NCBI GenBank assembly: GCA_037189525.1
Contig: JBBCJC010000005.1
Location: 288,001 to 352,000, forward strand
Reading direction: 5' to 3'
DNA length: 64,000 nt
Source: Gemmatimonadales bacterium
Lineage (GTDB): Bacteria > Gemmatimonadota > Gemmatimonadetes > Gemmatimonadales > GWC2-71-9
The notes beneath the pieces were generated by a model, which was given only the letters and a program-made list of their open reading frames with translations, made no database searches and was not told the DNA's origin. The position numbers were made by a program, and so were the translations under genes. Positions 1 to 8,778 of this stretch are shown here, one piece after another; the first letter of the stretch is position 1, and the number at the start of each line of letters is the position of its first letter.

Positions 1-838
1 CGCCGACCACGACGGTCCCGTCGCGCCCGTCAATGACGATGCGGGGCGACTCGGCCAGCGTAACCGGGAGGGTATCCACGGCCGCGAGCCACGCACTGAG
101 ACTATCGGCACGTTCGGCCCCGGGGTTGAGCAAAATGCTGCCCGGATCGTCGGCCCGGGCGGTGCCGGCGCCGAACGCGGCGGAGATCGCGGCGGCAATC
201 CGGGTGGCGGTCCGCAGATCGGGCTGCCGCAGGGCCAGTCGCGGTTCGCCCGCGAAGGTCACGGCCGGCTGATCGACCTCGAGGACACCGCCGTCGGCAA
301 TCCGACCGGCGTTCCCCTGCCGGGTGCTGATCCGGCCCGAGCCATCCGTGGGCACTACGATCGGCCCCTGGGCCGTGGCGAGTGGCGCCTGGTTGGGATC
401 GACCACCAGCGGGGAGATCCAGAGCACGCCGCCGCGGAGCGAGGTCGCGTCGCCCATGGCCGCGACCTGCACCTCGAAGCGACCGCCGGGTCGCAGATAC
501 GGCGAGAGTTCGGCGGTGATGAGAACGGCCGCGACGTTCCGAAGCCGGAGCTGTTCGGGCGGCACTTCGATATTGAAGCGGCGGAGCAGATTGACGACCG
601 AACGCACCGTCATGGTCGAGGAACTTTGAGTTCCGAAGCTCCGGTCGCCGGTACCGTCGAGGCCGACAACGAGGCCGTAGCCGACCAGGCGACGCGGGAC
701 GACGCCCTGCCGGACGGTGAGATCGCCGATCCGCGCCTCTTGCTGCGCAACGGCGGCGGACCCCAGTCCGGCCAGCAGGCCGAACGACACCATCATGACA
801 CGAGCGCGACGAAACGCGCGGAGACGAATCGGCATCAT
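1..838 (-). CDS. flgI: Flagellar P-ring protein FlgI (partial; 3' end runs off the window)
   Basis: Not in the ORF track because there is no stop in the window. Manual translation from ATG 838 gives MMPIRLRAFRRARVMMVSFGLLAGLGSAAVAQQEARIGDLTVRQGVVPRRLVGYGLVVGLDGTGD...RNVAAVLITAELSPY...AAMGDATSLRGGVL...ATAQG, which are FlgI motifs. The start overlaps the flgH stop. Confidence 0.95.
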   Translation of the reverse strand, partial: MMPIRLRAFRRARVMMVSFGLLAGLGSAAVAQQEARIGDLTVRQGVVPRRLVGYGLVVGLDGTGDRSFGTQSSSTMTVRSVVNLLRRFNIEVPPEQLRLRNVAAVLITAELSPYLRPGGRFEVQVAAMGDATSLRGGVLWISPLVVDPNQAPLATAQGPIVVPTDGSGRISTRQGNAGRIADGGVLEVDQPAVTFAGEPRLALRQPDLRTATRIAAAISAAFGAGTARADDPGSILLNPGAERADSLSAWLAAVDTLPVTLAESPRIVIDGRDGTVVVG

Positions 839-1461
839 GGCCAGAGAATCGAGAGGATCTTGCCGAGGATACCGGTCCGCGGCCCGATCTTCTTCCCGTT
901 GTAGGTGATGACCGCATCGGCAATCCGGGACGACGACACCAGATTGCGCGACGAGACGTCTTCGGCGCGAACCAGTCCCTTGATCTGCACCTGCTGGGGC
1001 CGGCCGTCGACGACGACGTTCTTGGAGCCTTCGATGGTGGCGATTCCGTTGGCGTCGATCGAGAGGACACGAACGGTGAGCACGGCCGTCAACTGGCCGC
1101 GGCGACCGCTTTCGCCGACATCGCTGGAGGAGGACTCGAGGCCGGTCGAGAAGTCTTTGGCCGGTCCCAGACGATTGGCGGGGTCGATTCCGACGCCGAT
1201 CTTGGCCCGCTGGCCCCGGTCGGCAGACGCGCGGGTCGAGACCCGTTCGCTTGCTGCGGTGGCTTCATCGACGACGATCGTCAGCAGGTCGCCGGGGCGC
1301 AGGGGAAACCGGTCCGAGAACCAGCCGGCGCGCGGCTGCGCCATGGCAGCGGGTACGGCGGCAAGCCGAGTGGCCGTATCGGCGCCGGCCGGCGGCGGAT
1401 TCTGCGCGGCAAGTTGACTGGTAGCGAGGATCAGCAGGCCAGCGGCTGTCAGTGATCGCAT
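835..1461 (-). CDS. flgH: Flagellar L-ring protein FlgH
   Basis: FSDR...GDLLTIVVDE...IEGSKNVVVDG...GLVRAEDVSSRNLVSSSRIADAVITY motifs; lies between flgA and flgI. Confidence 0.93.
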   Translation of the reverse strand: MRSLTAAGLLILATSQLAAQNPPPAGADTATRLAAVPAAMAQPRAGWFSDRFPLRPGDLLTIVVDEATAASERVSTRASADRGQRAKIGVGIDPANRLGPAKDFSTGLESSSSDVGESGRRGQLTAVLTVRVLSIDANGIATIEGSKNVVVDGRPQQVQIKGLVRAEDVSSRNLVSSSRIADAVITYNGKKIGPRTGILGKILSILWP

Positions 1462-2123
1462 CAGCGACGTCCCTTCCCTTCCAAACGAGCGGTCCCCGGC
1501 CCCGTTGCGGTGCCGGTGAGTTGTTGTCGTCCTTCCGAATCGCGTCCGATGACCCGCTCGCCGCGGCGAGCGCGGGTGGCGGCGACACCTTCACGCACGA
1601 TCCGGAATCCATCCTGTTCCCAGACAAAGGCAATCCGATCGCCGGGTTCGATGACCGGCGGCTCGGCGACATTGGCACCGGCGGCGAGATCGCCCGCGGC
1701 GAGATTCCGCCGGGTTTCCCAGCCGATCGGCGTCGGCGTTTCGTGAGAGGCGGGCGGTCCCCACACCGTGCGCAGCTCGCGCGCGAGGTCGTCCGAATCG
1801 AGCCGCTGCCCGGTCGCAACCGGCCGGGTCACGACCCAGACCGAATCCTCGACGCCGGCCCGAATCGAGACGGCCGTTTCGCCCGTGGCTGAACGAATCG
1901 CCACGACGTACCGGCCATCGCGCCCCGCGCCGAGCACCCGCACCGCCGCCGAGTCGGGCAACGGGGTCCGGGAACGGAGCTGGCCCCAGCTGAGGACGAC
2001 GCGATCGGCCGCGACCTTCCAGTCGGTCGCGAGCGCCGAACGCACCTGCGCGGCAATCGTCTCCGGGACGGAGTCGCCTGCCGCCGCAGCGAGAACGAGG
2101 AGCAGGCTACCGGACCAGATCAT
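1461..2123 (-). CDS. flgA: Flagellar P-ring formation chaperone FlgA (SAF domain)
   Basis: Signal peptide; VWVVTRPVATGQRLDSDDL...PPVIEPGDRI...EGVAATRARRGERV pattern; position flgG-flgA-flgH. Confidence 0.8.
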   Translation of the reverse strand: MIWSGSLLLVLAAAAGDSVPETIAAQVRSALATDWKVAADRVVLSWGQLRSRTPLPDSAAVRVLGAGRDGRYVVAIRSATGETAVSIRAGVEDSVWVVTRPVATGQRLDSDDLARELRTVWGPPASHETPTPIGWETRRNLAAGDLAAGANVAEPPVIEPGDRIAFVWEQDGFRIVREGVAATRARRGERVIGRDSEGRQQLTGTATGPGTARLEGKGRR

Positions 2124-2898
2124 TGGTGATCTGCATCATGTCGTCGGTCGCCCGAATCGCCTTGGAGTTGATCTCGTAGGCGCGCTGCGCGGCGATCATA
2201 TCCGTCATCTCGAGCACGATTTCGACGTTGCTCGCCTCGAGCGAGCCCTGCACGATCCGGCCGAAGCCGCCTTCCTGCGCCTGACCCAGCACCGGTTGTC
2301 CACTGGCCACGGTTTCGCCGTAGAGATTCTCACCCAGGCTTTCCAGCCCGGTGACGTTGGTGAACCGCGCCAGTTCGATCCGGCCGACTTCGACCGGCAT
2401 GGCCCCCGCTTCACCGTTCCGCACCGAGACGATCCCGTTGGCCGAGACGGTGACTTCGACCGCATCGGCCGGGATGGTGACGCCGGGCTGGAGGAGATAA
2501 CCCGCGCTGGTGATCATGGCGCCGGTGCTCGAAAGCGTGAAACTGCCGTCGCGGGTGTAGCCGAGCGATCCGTCGGGCCGCTGCACCTGGAAGAAGCCGT
2601 CGCCCTCGATACCGAGATCGAAGGGGCGGCCCGTTTCCGCCAGGGTGCCCTGCTGATGCAGCCGGAGCACGTTGGCCACCCGGACACCTTTACCCACCTG
2701 GATCGGGCCGACGGTTTCGGCGCTCTGATAGTTGACCAGCGACTCGCCCTGGAGCGTTTCGTAGAGCACGTCTTCGAACGAGGCGCGGCTCCGCTTGAAC
2801 GCCGTGGTGTTGACGTTGGCCAGGTTGTTGGCGATCACGTCGATGGCGCGCTGCTGGGCAATCATACCGCTCGCCGCGGTCCGTAATGCGGGATTCAT
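2107..2898 (-). CDS. flgG: Flagellar distal rod protein FlgG
   Basis: ALRTAASGMIAQQ...IANNLANVNTTAFK...YTRDGSF...LEASNVEIVLEMTDMIAAQRAYEINSK; 263 aa. Confidence 0.97.
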   Translation of the reverse strand: MNPALRTAASGMIAQQRAIDVIANNLANVNTTAFKRSRASFEDVLYETLQGESLVNYQSAETVGPIQVGKGVRVANVLRLHQQGTLAETGRPFDLGIEGDGFFQVQRPDGSLGYTRDGSFTLSSTGAMITSAGYLLQPGVTIPADAVEVTVSANGIVSVRNGEAGAMPVEVGRIELARFTNVTGLESLGENLYGETVASGQPVLGQAQEGGFGRIVQGSLEASNVEIVLEMTDMIAAQRAYEINSKAIRATDDMMQITNDLVR

Positions 2899-2919
2899 GT
2901 CATTCGCTCCCTGTTATGC

Positions 2920-3612
2920 CTAGACGCGGGCGATGTCGCGGGTCACCGACCCGAGCACACCGTCCATGGTCCGGAGTACCGTCGCACTGGCTGCGTAGGC
3001 GCGTTGGATCTCGACCAGCGACACCATCCCGCCGATCGAATTCAGATTGGCTTCTTCCAGCTGTCCCTGGCGTACCTGCACCGACTCGGCCTGGGTCAGT
3101 TCCGTGGTCGGCACGACGTATCGGGACGAGCCCTCCTTCATCAGCGGCACCCCCTCATTGGGGAGCACCAGGCGGAGCCGATCGACCGGCTGCCCGTCGC
3201 TGCGCACGGTCCCGTCCGGATCGATTTCGATCGTGGCGCCCTGCAGCAGGATCGAGCCCTGCTCACCGAGCACGGGGTATCCTTCGTCCGTGGTGAGGCG
3301 ACCGTCGCCGTCCAGTTTGAGGCTGCCGCCTCGGCTCAGCCGATCACCCCAGGGGGTTTCGATCGTCAGATAGCCGCGTCCCTCGAGGGCAATGTCGAGG
3401 GTCCGACCGGTGGTCCGGAGCCCGCCCTGCGAATGGTCGGTGGCCTCGACCGGCACCGGCGAGTCATAGTCGCCCGGTCGATGCGCGACCAGCCGATCGG
3501 CCTTGAAGCCGGCAGTGCCCGCGTTGGCGAGGTTATTGGCAGTGATTTCCTGACGGCGGCTGTAATACGACATCGTCTTGGCCGCGGTCAGTATCCCGGA
3601 AAACGTGTTCAT
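2920..3612 (-). CDS. flgF: Flagellar rod protein FlgF
   Basis: ANNLANAGTAGFK, TGRTLDIALEGRG, QGQLEEANLN...QRAY; upstream of flgG; AGGAGG RBS. Confidence 0.9.
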   Translation of the reverse strand: MNTFSGILTAAKTMSYYSRRQEITANNLANAGTAGFKADRLVAHRPGDYDSPVPVEATDHSQGGLRTTGRTLDIALEGRGYLTIETPWGDRLSRGGSLKLDGDGRLTTDEGYPVLGEQGSILLQGATIEIDPDGTVRSDGQPVDRLRLVLPNEGVPLMKEGSSRYVVPTTELTQAESVQVRQGQLEEANLNSIGGMVSLVEIQRAYAASATVLRTMDGVLGSVTRDIARV

Positions 3613-3637
3613 GGTCTACCTCCTAATGGGCAAGGAG

Positions 3638-3652
3638 GCAACCGATGTGCCG
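3638..3652 (-). promoter_or_regulatory. sigma54 (-24/-12) promoter of the flgFGAHI operon
   Basis: Minus strand reads CGGCAC-ATCGG-TTGC (GG-N10-GC), 25 bp upstream of the flgF ATG. Confidence 0.8.
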
Positions 3653-3664
3653 AGCGGGGCGAAT

Positions 3665-3689
3665 CAGGGGGTTGCAATGCAACCCCCTG
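3665..3689. repeat. Perfect 12-bp inverted repeat (operator or hairpin)
   Basis: CAGGGGGTTGCA-A-TGCAACCCCCTG, between the end of the fli/flh operon and the flgF sigma54 promoter. Confidence 0.75.
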
Positions 3690-3701
3690 TATTTCAATAG
3701 G

Positions 3702-4154
3702 TTACGAACGGGCGGCGGGTTGACGGGCCGAGGCCGTCTCGGCGGCGTCCGGCTGGGATGACCGGAAGGACTTGCCACCTGGAAAAGTCGGGTCGACGGC
3801 GATCGGACCGAGCATGATCCGGACCGCATCCTGGGGGAGGCCGGTGGCCTGCGCGATGACCGAGGCGCCCTGCCCTTTTTTCGACATCTCGATCACGGTC
3901 CGCCACGGCTCCGCGAAGCCGCCCTTGGGCTGACGTCGCTTCCGCCAGAGCGTCGCGATGACGCCGATGGCAAGTACCGCCCCGATGCCGGCCAACGCCG
4001 GCCACCGCGCCGCGCCGAGCCCCTGCTCAACCGCAGCAAGCGCAGGGCCGACCCGGCTTCCGAGCTGGCTCAACTCACCCCACCGGCTGGCGATCGACAC
4101 GACACCCAGCCCGCCGACCACGGTCCCTACGCTGATCCAGAGTCGCTTGTTCAC
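3702..4154 (-). CDS. Hypothetical membrane protein with C-terminal HTH-like segment (DUF2802-like flagellar-associated protein)
   Basis: Two hydrophobic segments, then EMSKKGQGASVIAQATGLPQDAVRIML; GTGA overlap with the fliA stop. Confidence 0.6.
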   Translation of the reverse strand: MNKRLWISVGTVVGGLGVVSIASRWGELSQLGSRVGPALAAVEQGLGAARWPALAGIGAVLAIGVIATLWRKRRQPKGGFAEPWRTVIEMSKKGQGASVIAQATGLPQDAVRIMLGPIAVDPTFPGGKSFRSSQPDAAETASARQPAARS

Positions 4155-4915
4155 AGTCCACCTTCCTTGACGAGCGGGAGTTCCCGCAACCGCTTGAGCG
4201 CCTGGGTCCGGATCTGGCTGATCCGCGACTCGGTGACGTGAAGCACCTCGGCGATCTGCTTCAGATTGAGTTCTTCGTAGTAATAGAGCGAGAGCACCGT
4301 CCGCTCACGGGGCGGCAGCGCACGAATCGCGAGTTTGAGGCGGCTCAGCGTTTCCTGACGTCCGATTTCTTCGACGACCGCGCCGGTATCCGGATCGGCC
4401 AGGGTCTCTTCCAATCGGAGTGCATCGTCTCCGCCGCGGGCCACCGTCCCGGTCAGTGACACCATCAATCCACCGTCGACGTCTTCCTTCATCCGGAAGT
4501 ACGCATCGAGTTCGATCCCCATGGCCGAAGCCACTTCCTCGGGGCCGGGCGGGCGGCCGTATTTGGTCTCGAGTGCCTGGACCACGGCGGCGAGCTGCCG
4601 CCCCTTGGTCCGCACGCTGCGGGGACGCCAGTCGCGGCTCCGCAACTCATCGAGAATGGCCCCGCGGATCCGCCGCATGGCATAGGTGCTGAATGCCAGA
4701 CCTCGGCTGATGTCGAACCCTTCGAGCGCCTGCACCAGTCCCAGCGTGCCCGCCCCAAGCAAATCATCGAAGTCGACGGCGTGGCCGACCCGGGTGGCCA
4801 TGTCGCGGGCGCTATGATGGACCAGACCGAGATACTGGTCGAGCAGCTGCGCACGCGCCTCGGGATCACGGTGTACCGTGTACCGCTCCCAGAGGGCATC
4901 GGTCACTGGTGTCAT
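4151..4915 (-). CDS. fliA: RNA polymerase sigma factor FliA (sigma28)
   Basis: DDLLGAGTLGL...FSTYAMRRIRGAILDELRSRDW...LYYYEELNLKQIAEVLHVTESRISQI. Confidence 0.96.
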   Translation of the reverse strand: MTPVTDALWERYTVHRDPEARAQLLDQYLGLVHHSARDMATRVGHAVDFDDLLGAGTLGLVQALEGFDISRGLAFSTYAMRRIRGAILDELRSRDWRPRSVRTKGRQLAAVVQALETKYGRPPGPEEVASAMGIELDAYFRMKEDVDGGLMVSLTGTVARGGDDALRLEETLADPDTGAVVEEIGRQETLSRLKLAIRALPPRERTVLSLYYYEELNLKQIAEVLHVTESRISQIRTQALKRLRELPLVKEGGL

Positions 4916-5754
4916 GCTCGCCCTCCCGTTTCCGCCGTGGCGAGCGGCTCGGCCACGGGCAGGAGGGTGGCCAGATCACGGATTTCACGACGAAGATCCG
5001 CGAGGTTGAGATCGTTGAGTATCCCGCCGGGGCGCCGCATCGTGTTTCGTAGAGCGCTGGTTTCGGTCAGACCACCCACCGAATGCAGCGTCCGCCCGAG
5101 GAAGCGATCGGCCGCAATCGCCAGGCGATCGAAAGCCTGCTCGACCTCTTCGGGCGCCACGGCCCGATTGACCAGCACATCGATCGGAAGCGACGGCAGC
5201 TGCGCATGCACCAGTTTGATCAGCGCGTAGGCGTCGGTCAGCGCCGACACCTCCGGAACCGTGACCACGAGCAACTTGGTGCCGCCCATCGTGGCGAGGC
5301 GCACAGCCGTTTCGACACCGGGGCCGGCATCGACCACGACCACGTCGAAATCATCGTAGAGCGCCGCCAGGCGGTGATGGAGCCGAGCCTGGTCGACGGC
5401 CGGGAGCGCATAGAGCGATTCGGCCCCGGAGTCACTCGGCAGGAGCCAGAGACCGTCGGACACCTGGCAGACCAGTTGGGCCGGCTCCGCTTCGCCGCGC
5501 AGCACCTGCTCCAGGCGCGCATCGATGGCCACGCCGAGCAGCACGTGCAGGTGGCCAAGATTCTGGGAGCCATCCACCAGCAGGACCCGGCGACCGGATT
5601 CGGCCATGGCCTGCGCCACCAGAACGGAGACGACCGACTTCCCGACCCCACCCTTCCCGCTGCCCACGACATACACGGGCTTGGGCGGCGTGGGATCGGC
5701 TTCGACGACGACCTGCGCCGTCAGTTGCCTCAACTGCAATGCTTGATCGTTCAT
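4912..5754 (-). CDS. flhG: Flagellar number regulator FlhG/FleN (MinD-like ATPase)
   Basis: N-terminal DQA motif, SGKGGVGKS deviant Walker A, DAGPG, LTDAYALIK; between flhF and fliA. Confidence 0.92.
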   Translation of the reverse strand: MNDQALQLRQLTAQVVVEADPTPPKPVYVVGSGKGGVGKSVVSVLVAQAMAESGRRVLLVDGSQNLGHLHVLLGVAIDARLEQVLRGEAEPAQLVCQVSDGLWLLPSDSGAESLYALPAVDQARLHHRLAALYDDFDVVVVDAGPGVETAVRLATMGGTKLLVVTVPEVSALTDAYALIKLVHAQLPSLPIDVLVNRAVAPEEVEQAFDRLAIAADRFLGRTLHSVGGLTETSALRNTMRRPGGILNDLNLADLRREIRDLATLLPVAEPLATAETGGRA

Positions 5755-6596
5755 GCGACCGCCTCATAGAGCGTGCTGCCGCTTTGCCGGCTGATTCGCG
5801 CGGCGGTCAGCGCCTCATCGGCCGAGCCCAGATCGAAGGGCACGTCCTGACCGTCCGTGGTCCAGCGAATCGGAAGATTCTGGCTCACCGCGAGTTCGAA
5901 GAGGCCTGATTCATCGGGCGCCTCGTCGCGCTTGGTGACCAGGAGATGGGTCGCCACCGGAGTCCGCTGCTCACGTAACAGATTGCGGACCAGATGCGTC
6001 GGCATCGATGCCGGCACCGTCAGATGGACTTCCCGCGGTTCGAGCATCCGCAACAACTCGGCCGTAAACTCGCGATCCTGCCGGTGACGCGGGCTGCGTC
6101 CCGGGCTGTCGACCAGCAACACGTCGCACCCGGTGAGCCGCTGCCGGGCCCGCTCCAGGTCGTCGAAGCCCCAGACCACTTCCAGCGGCAGACGGGCAAT
6201 CTCGGAGTAGGTGCGGAGCTGCTCGACAGCGCCGATCCGGTAGGTATCGAGCCCGATCAGGCCGACCTTGCGGGTTCCGAAGATCCGAGGGTGGGTCGCC
6301 AGCTTGGCAATGGTCGTCGTCTTGCCGGCCCCGGTAGGCCCGACCAGCGCGATGACCAGTTGTCCCTCCGGCGGCTGCGCAGGAACCATCAGCTCGAGTG
6401 CTGCCACCGGTGCCGAGCGCGGGGCCAGATCGCCACGGGCCGCGGTGTCCGGGTCGGCAGCGGCCACTTCGAACATGATGCCGTCTTCGGTACGGAACCG
6501 CCGCACGTGGAGAATCACCGCATCGGCGCCGATGGTGGTCTGCGCCTGCTTGAGCAGCACGGCGACGTTCGATCCGACCAAGGTTTTAACTGGCAC
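5751..6596 (-). CDS. flhF: SRP-type GTPase FlhF
   Basis: GPTGAGKTTTIAKLA, DTYRIGAVEQLRTY, TKRDE, TDGQDVP. Confidence 0.93.
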   Translation of the reverse strand: MPVKTLVGSNVAVLLKQAQTTIGADAVILHVRRFRTEDGIMFEVAAADPDTAARGDLAPRSAPVAALELMVPAQPPEGQLVIALVGPTGAGKTTTIAKLATHPRIFGTRKVGLIGLDTYRIGAVEQLRTYSEIARLPLEVVWGFDDLERARQRLTGCDVLLVDSPGRSPRHRQDREFTAELLRMLEPREVHLTVPASMPTHLVRNLLREQRTPVATHLLVTKRDEAPDESGLFELAVSQNLPIRWTTDGQDVPFDLGSADEALTAARISRQSGSTLYEAVA

Positions 6597-8778
6597 GGGG
6601 CAACTCCCAGGTAGCGAGACTCAGAATCGGGGCCTGCGTCGGCAGCTCACCGAGCGACAACACCGGAAGCTTGGGCAACACCGGCTCGACCAGCCGCCGG
6701 ATGCCGGTCCGGAGGCTCGGCGGCGCAATCAGCGCCGGCCAATGTCCGTCATGACGATGCGACGCCACCAGTTCGTTGAGGCGGCGCAGCGCTTCGGTCA
6801 GTTCATCGGGATCCATGGTCCGGGCTCCGCCCTCGCGGAGGGGACGCGGACTGAAGAGCTGCATCAGGGCGGCTTCGAGCCGAGGCCCGACGGTAATGCC
6901 GCGGATGCTGCCATCGGCCTGGGCAAAGAGCTGCAGAATGATCGAGCCCATGGCGCGGCGGACATGCTCCGCCAGCGTCTCCGGATCCTTGGTCGTGTCG
7001 GCGCCGTCGGACAGCGCTTCGAGGATGCTGACGAGATCGCGAATCGGGAGCCCTTCGCGAAGCAGGCGCTGCAGCACCCGGTGAACCGCACCGAGCGAGA
7101 GCTTGCCGGGCACGACGTCGTCGACGAGCGCCGGATGGCTTTCCTTGACCCCGTCGAGGAGTTCGCGCGTATGCTGCCGGGTCAGGAGGTCGGCCGCATG
7201 TTCGCGAACGGTTTCCATCAGATGCGTCGACAACACGGTGGCCGGCTCGACCACGGTGTAGCCGCTCGCCTCGGCTTCGATACGCAGATCGGGTGAAATC
7301 CAGACGGCCGGCATCCCGAAGCTCGGATCGGTGGTCTGGATACCTTCGATGGGCGCCGCCACGCCATTGGTATCGAGCGCGAGCACGAACCGCGGCATGA
7401 CCTCGCCGCCCGCCACGCGAATCCCGCGCAGCTTGATGGCATACTCCGTGGCCGGCAGCTGAATGTTGTCGCGAATCCGGGCCGACGGCACGATGATGCC
7501 GAGTTCGAGCGCGAGCTTCTGCCGCGTCAGCGAGATTCGCCTGAGCAGGTCACCGTTCTGAGCTTCGTCGACCAGCGGCACCAGGGCGTAGCCGATCTCG
7601 ACTTCGAGCGGTTCGACCGCGAGCAGATCCTTGATCGGCGCAGCGGACGGACCAACGGCGGCCGGGGCAGCATCTTCACTGGCGCGGCGACCCGCTTCAT
7701 CCTCTTCCGCAATCGACTTGCGCGCCAACCATCCGGTACCACCCGCGCCGGCCGCGAGCATCAGGAACGGAATCGAGGGCAGGCCGGGCACGATGGCAAA
7801 CGCCGCCAGAATGCCGGCCGCGATGAACATGACCCGCGGCGAACGGAGCAGCTGGCGATTCATCGCCATGCCCATCGCCGGGTTGTTGGCGCCGTAGGTC
7901 ACCAGGATACCGGCGGCCGTACTGACGATCAGCGCAGGCACCTGCGTCACGATACCGTCACCGACGGTGAGCCGCGTATAGGTCGTCATCGAGTCCATGG
8001 CGGACATGTCCTGCTGCGTCACGCCGATGACGAATCCGCCCAGTAGATTGACCGCCGTGATCACGAGGCTGGCCGCCGCGTCACCCCGAACGAACTTCGC
8101 GGCGCCGTCCATCGAGCCGTAGAAGTCGGAGTACCGGGCAATCTCTTCGCGCCGAATCCGCGCTTCGGCTTCATCGATCAGGCCGGCCGACAGGTCGGCA
8201 TCGATGCTCATCTGCCGGCCGGGCATCGCGTCCAAGGTGAATCGGGCCGCGACCTCGGCAATGCGGCCGGCGCCTTTGGTGATCACCATGAAGTTGATGG
8301 CGACCAGGATCAGGAAGATGACGAGACCGACGACGTAGTTTCCGCCGATCACGAACCCGCCGAAGGCGTCGATGACCCGGCCCGCTTTGGCTTCGCTCAG
8401 AATCAGCCGGGTGCTGCTGACCGTGAGGCCGAGCCGAAAGAGGGTGACCAGAAGGAGCACGCTCGGGAAGACGCTGAAATCGAGCGGGTCGTTGGACGAT
8501 ACCGCGACCAGCAAAATTAGAATCGAGAGCCCGATGTTGAGCGCCAGCAGCGCATCGAGCGCCACTGGAGCCAGCGGTACGATCAGCAGCGCGACGATGA
8601 CCACCACGCCAATGGCGAGATAGGTCTCGGCGCCCAGGCCGCCTCCGGTCAACCGGCTGGCCGCCGGTGCGGCGCCGGTGGCACGCGAGCCCTTGGCCCC
8701 TGCCCCGTTGCCTCCGGACGGCGGCGTCCCGCCACCCTGCGGACGAATCGGCGCTCCGGCCAGTGTCGGCGCGGTCAT
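6586..8778 (-). CDS. flhA: Flagellar export gate protein FlhA
   Basis: FHIPEP motif RIAEVAARFTLDAMPGRQMSIDADL; FYGSMDGAAKFVRGDA. Confidence 0.97.
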   Translation of the reverse strand: MTAPTLAGAPIRPQGGGTPPSGGNGAGAKGSRATGAAPAASRLTGGGLGAETYLAIGVVVIVALLIVPLAPVALDALLALNIGLSILILLVAVSSNDPLDFSVFPSVLLLVTLFRLGLTVSSTRLILSEAKAGRVIDAFGGFVIGGNYVVGLVIFLILVAINFMVITKGAGRIAEVAARFTLDAMPGRQMSIDADLSAGLIDEAEARIRREEIARYSDFYGSMDGAAKFVRGDAAASLVITAVNLLGGFVIGVTQQDMSAMDSMTTYTRLTVGDGIVTQVPALIVSTAAGILVTYGANNPAMGMAMNRQLLRSPRVMFIAAGILAAFAIVPGLPSIPFLMLAAGAGGTGWLARKSIAEEDEAGRRASEDAAPAAVGPSAAPIKDLLAVEPLEVEIGYALVPLVDEAQNGDLLRRISLTRQKLALELGIIVPSARIRDNIQLPATEYAIKLRGIRVAGGEVMPRFVLALDTNGVAAPIEGIQTTDPSFGMPAVWISPDLRIEAEASGYTVVEPATVLSTHLMETVREHAADLLTRQHTRELLDGVKESHPALVDDVVPGKLSLGAVHRVLQRLLREGLPIRDLVSILEALSDGADTTKDPETLAEHVRRAMGSIILQLFAQADGSIRGITVGPRLEAALMQLFSPRPLREGGARTMDPDELTEALRRLNELVASHRHDGHWPALIAPPSLRTGIRRLVEPVLPKLPVLSLGELPTQAPILSLATWELPRAS

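Noticed and set aside
102..1070. 322-aa minus-strand ORF overlapping flgH/flgI, and a suspected flgI frameshift
   Set aside because: Arg/Pro-rich off-frame shadow. flgI reads uninterrupted from ATG 838 to the window edge and is missing from the track only because it has no stop.
8640..8778. Gly/Ala/Pro-rich N-terminal extension of FlhA as a novel domain
   Set aside because: Short low-complexity tail with no motif; likely a disordered extension
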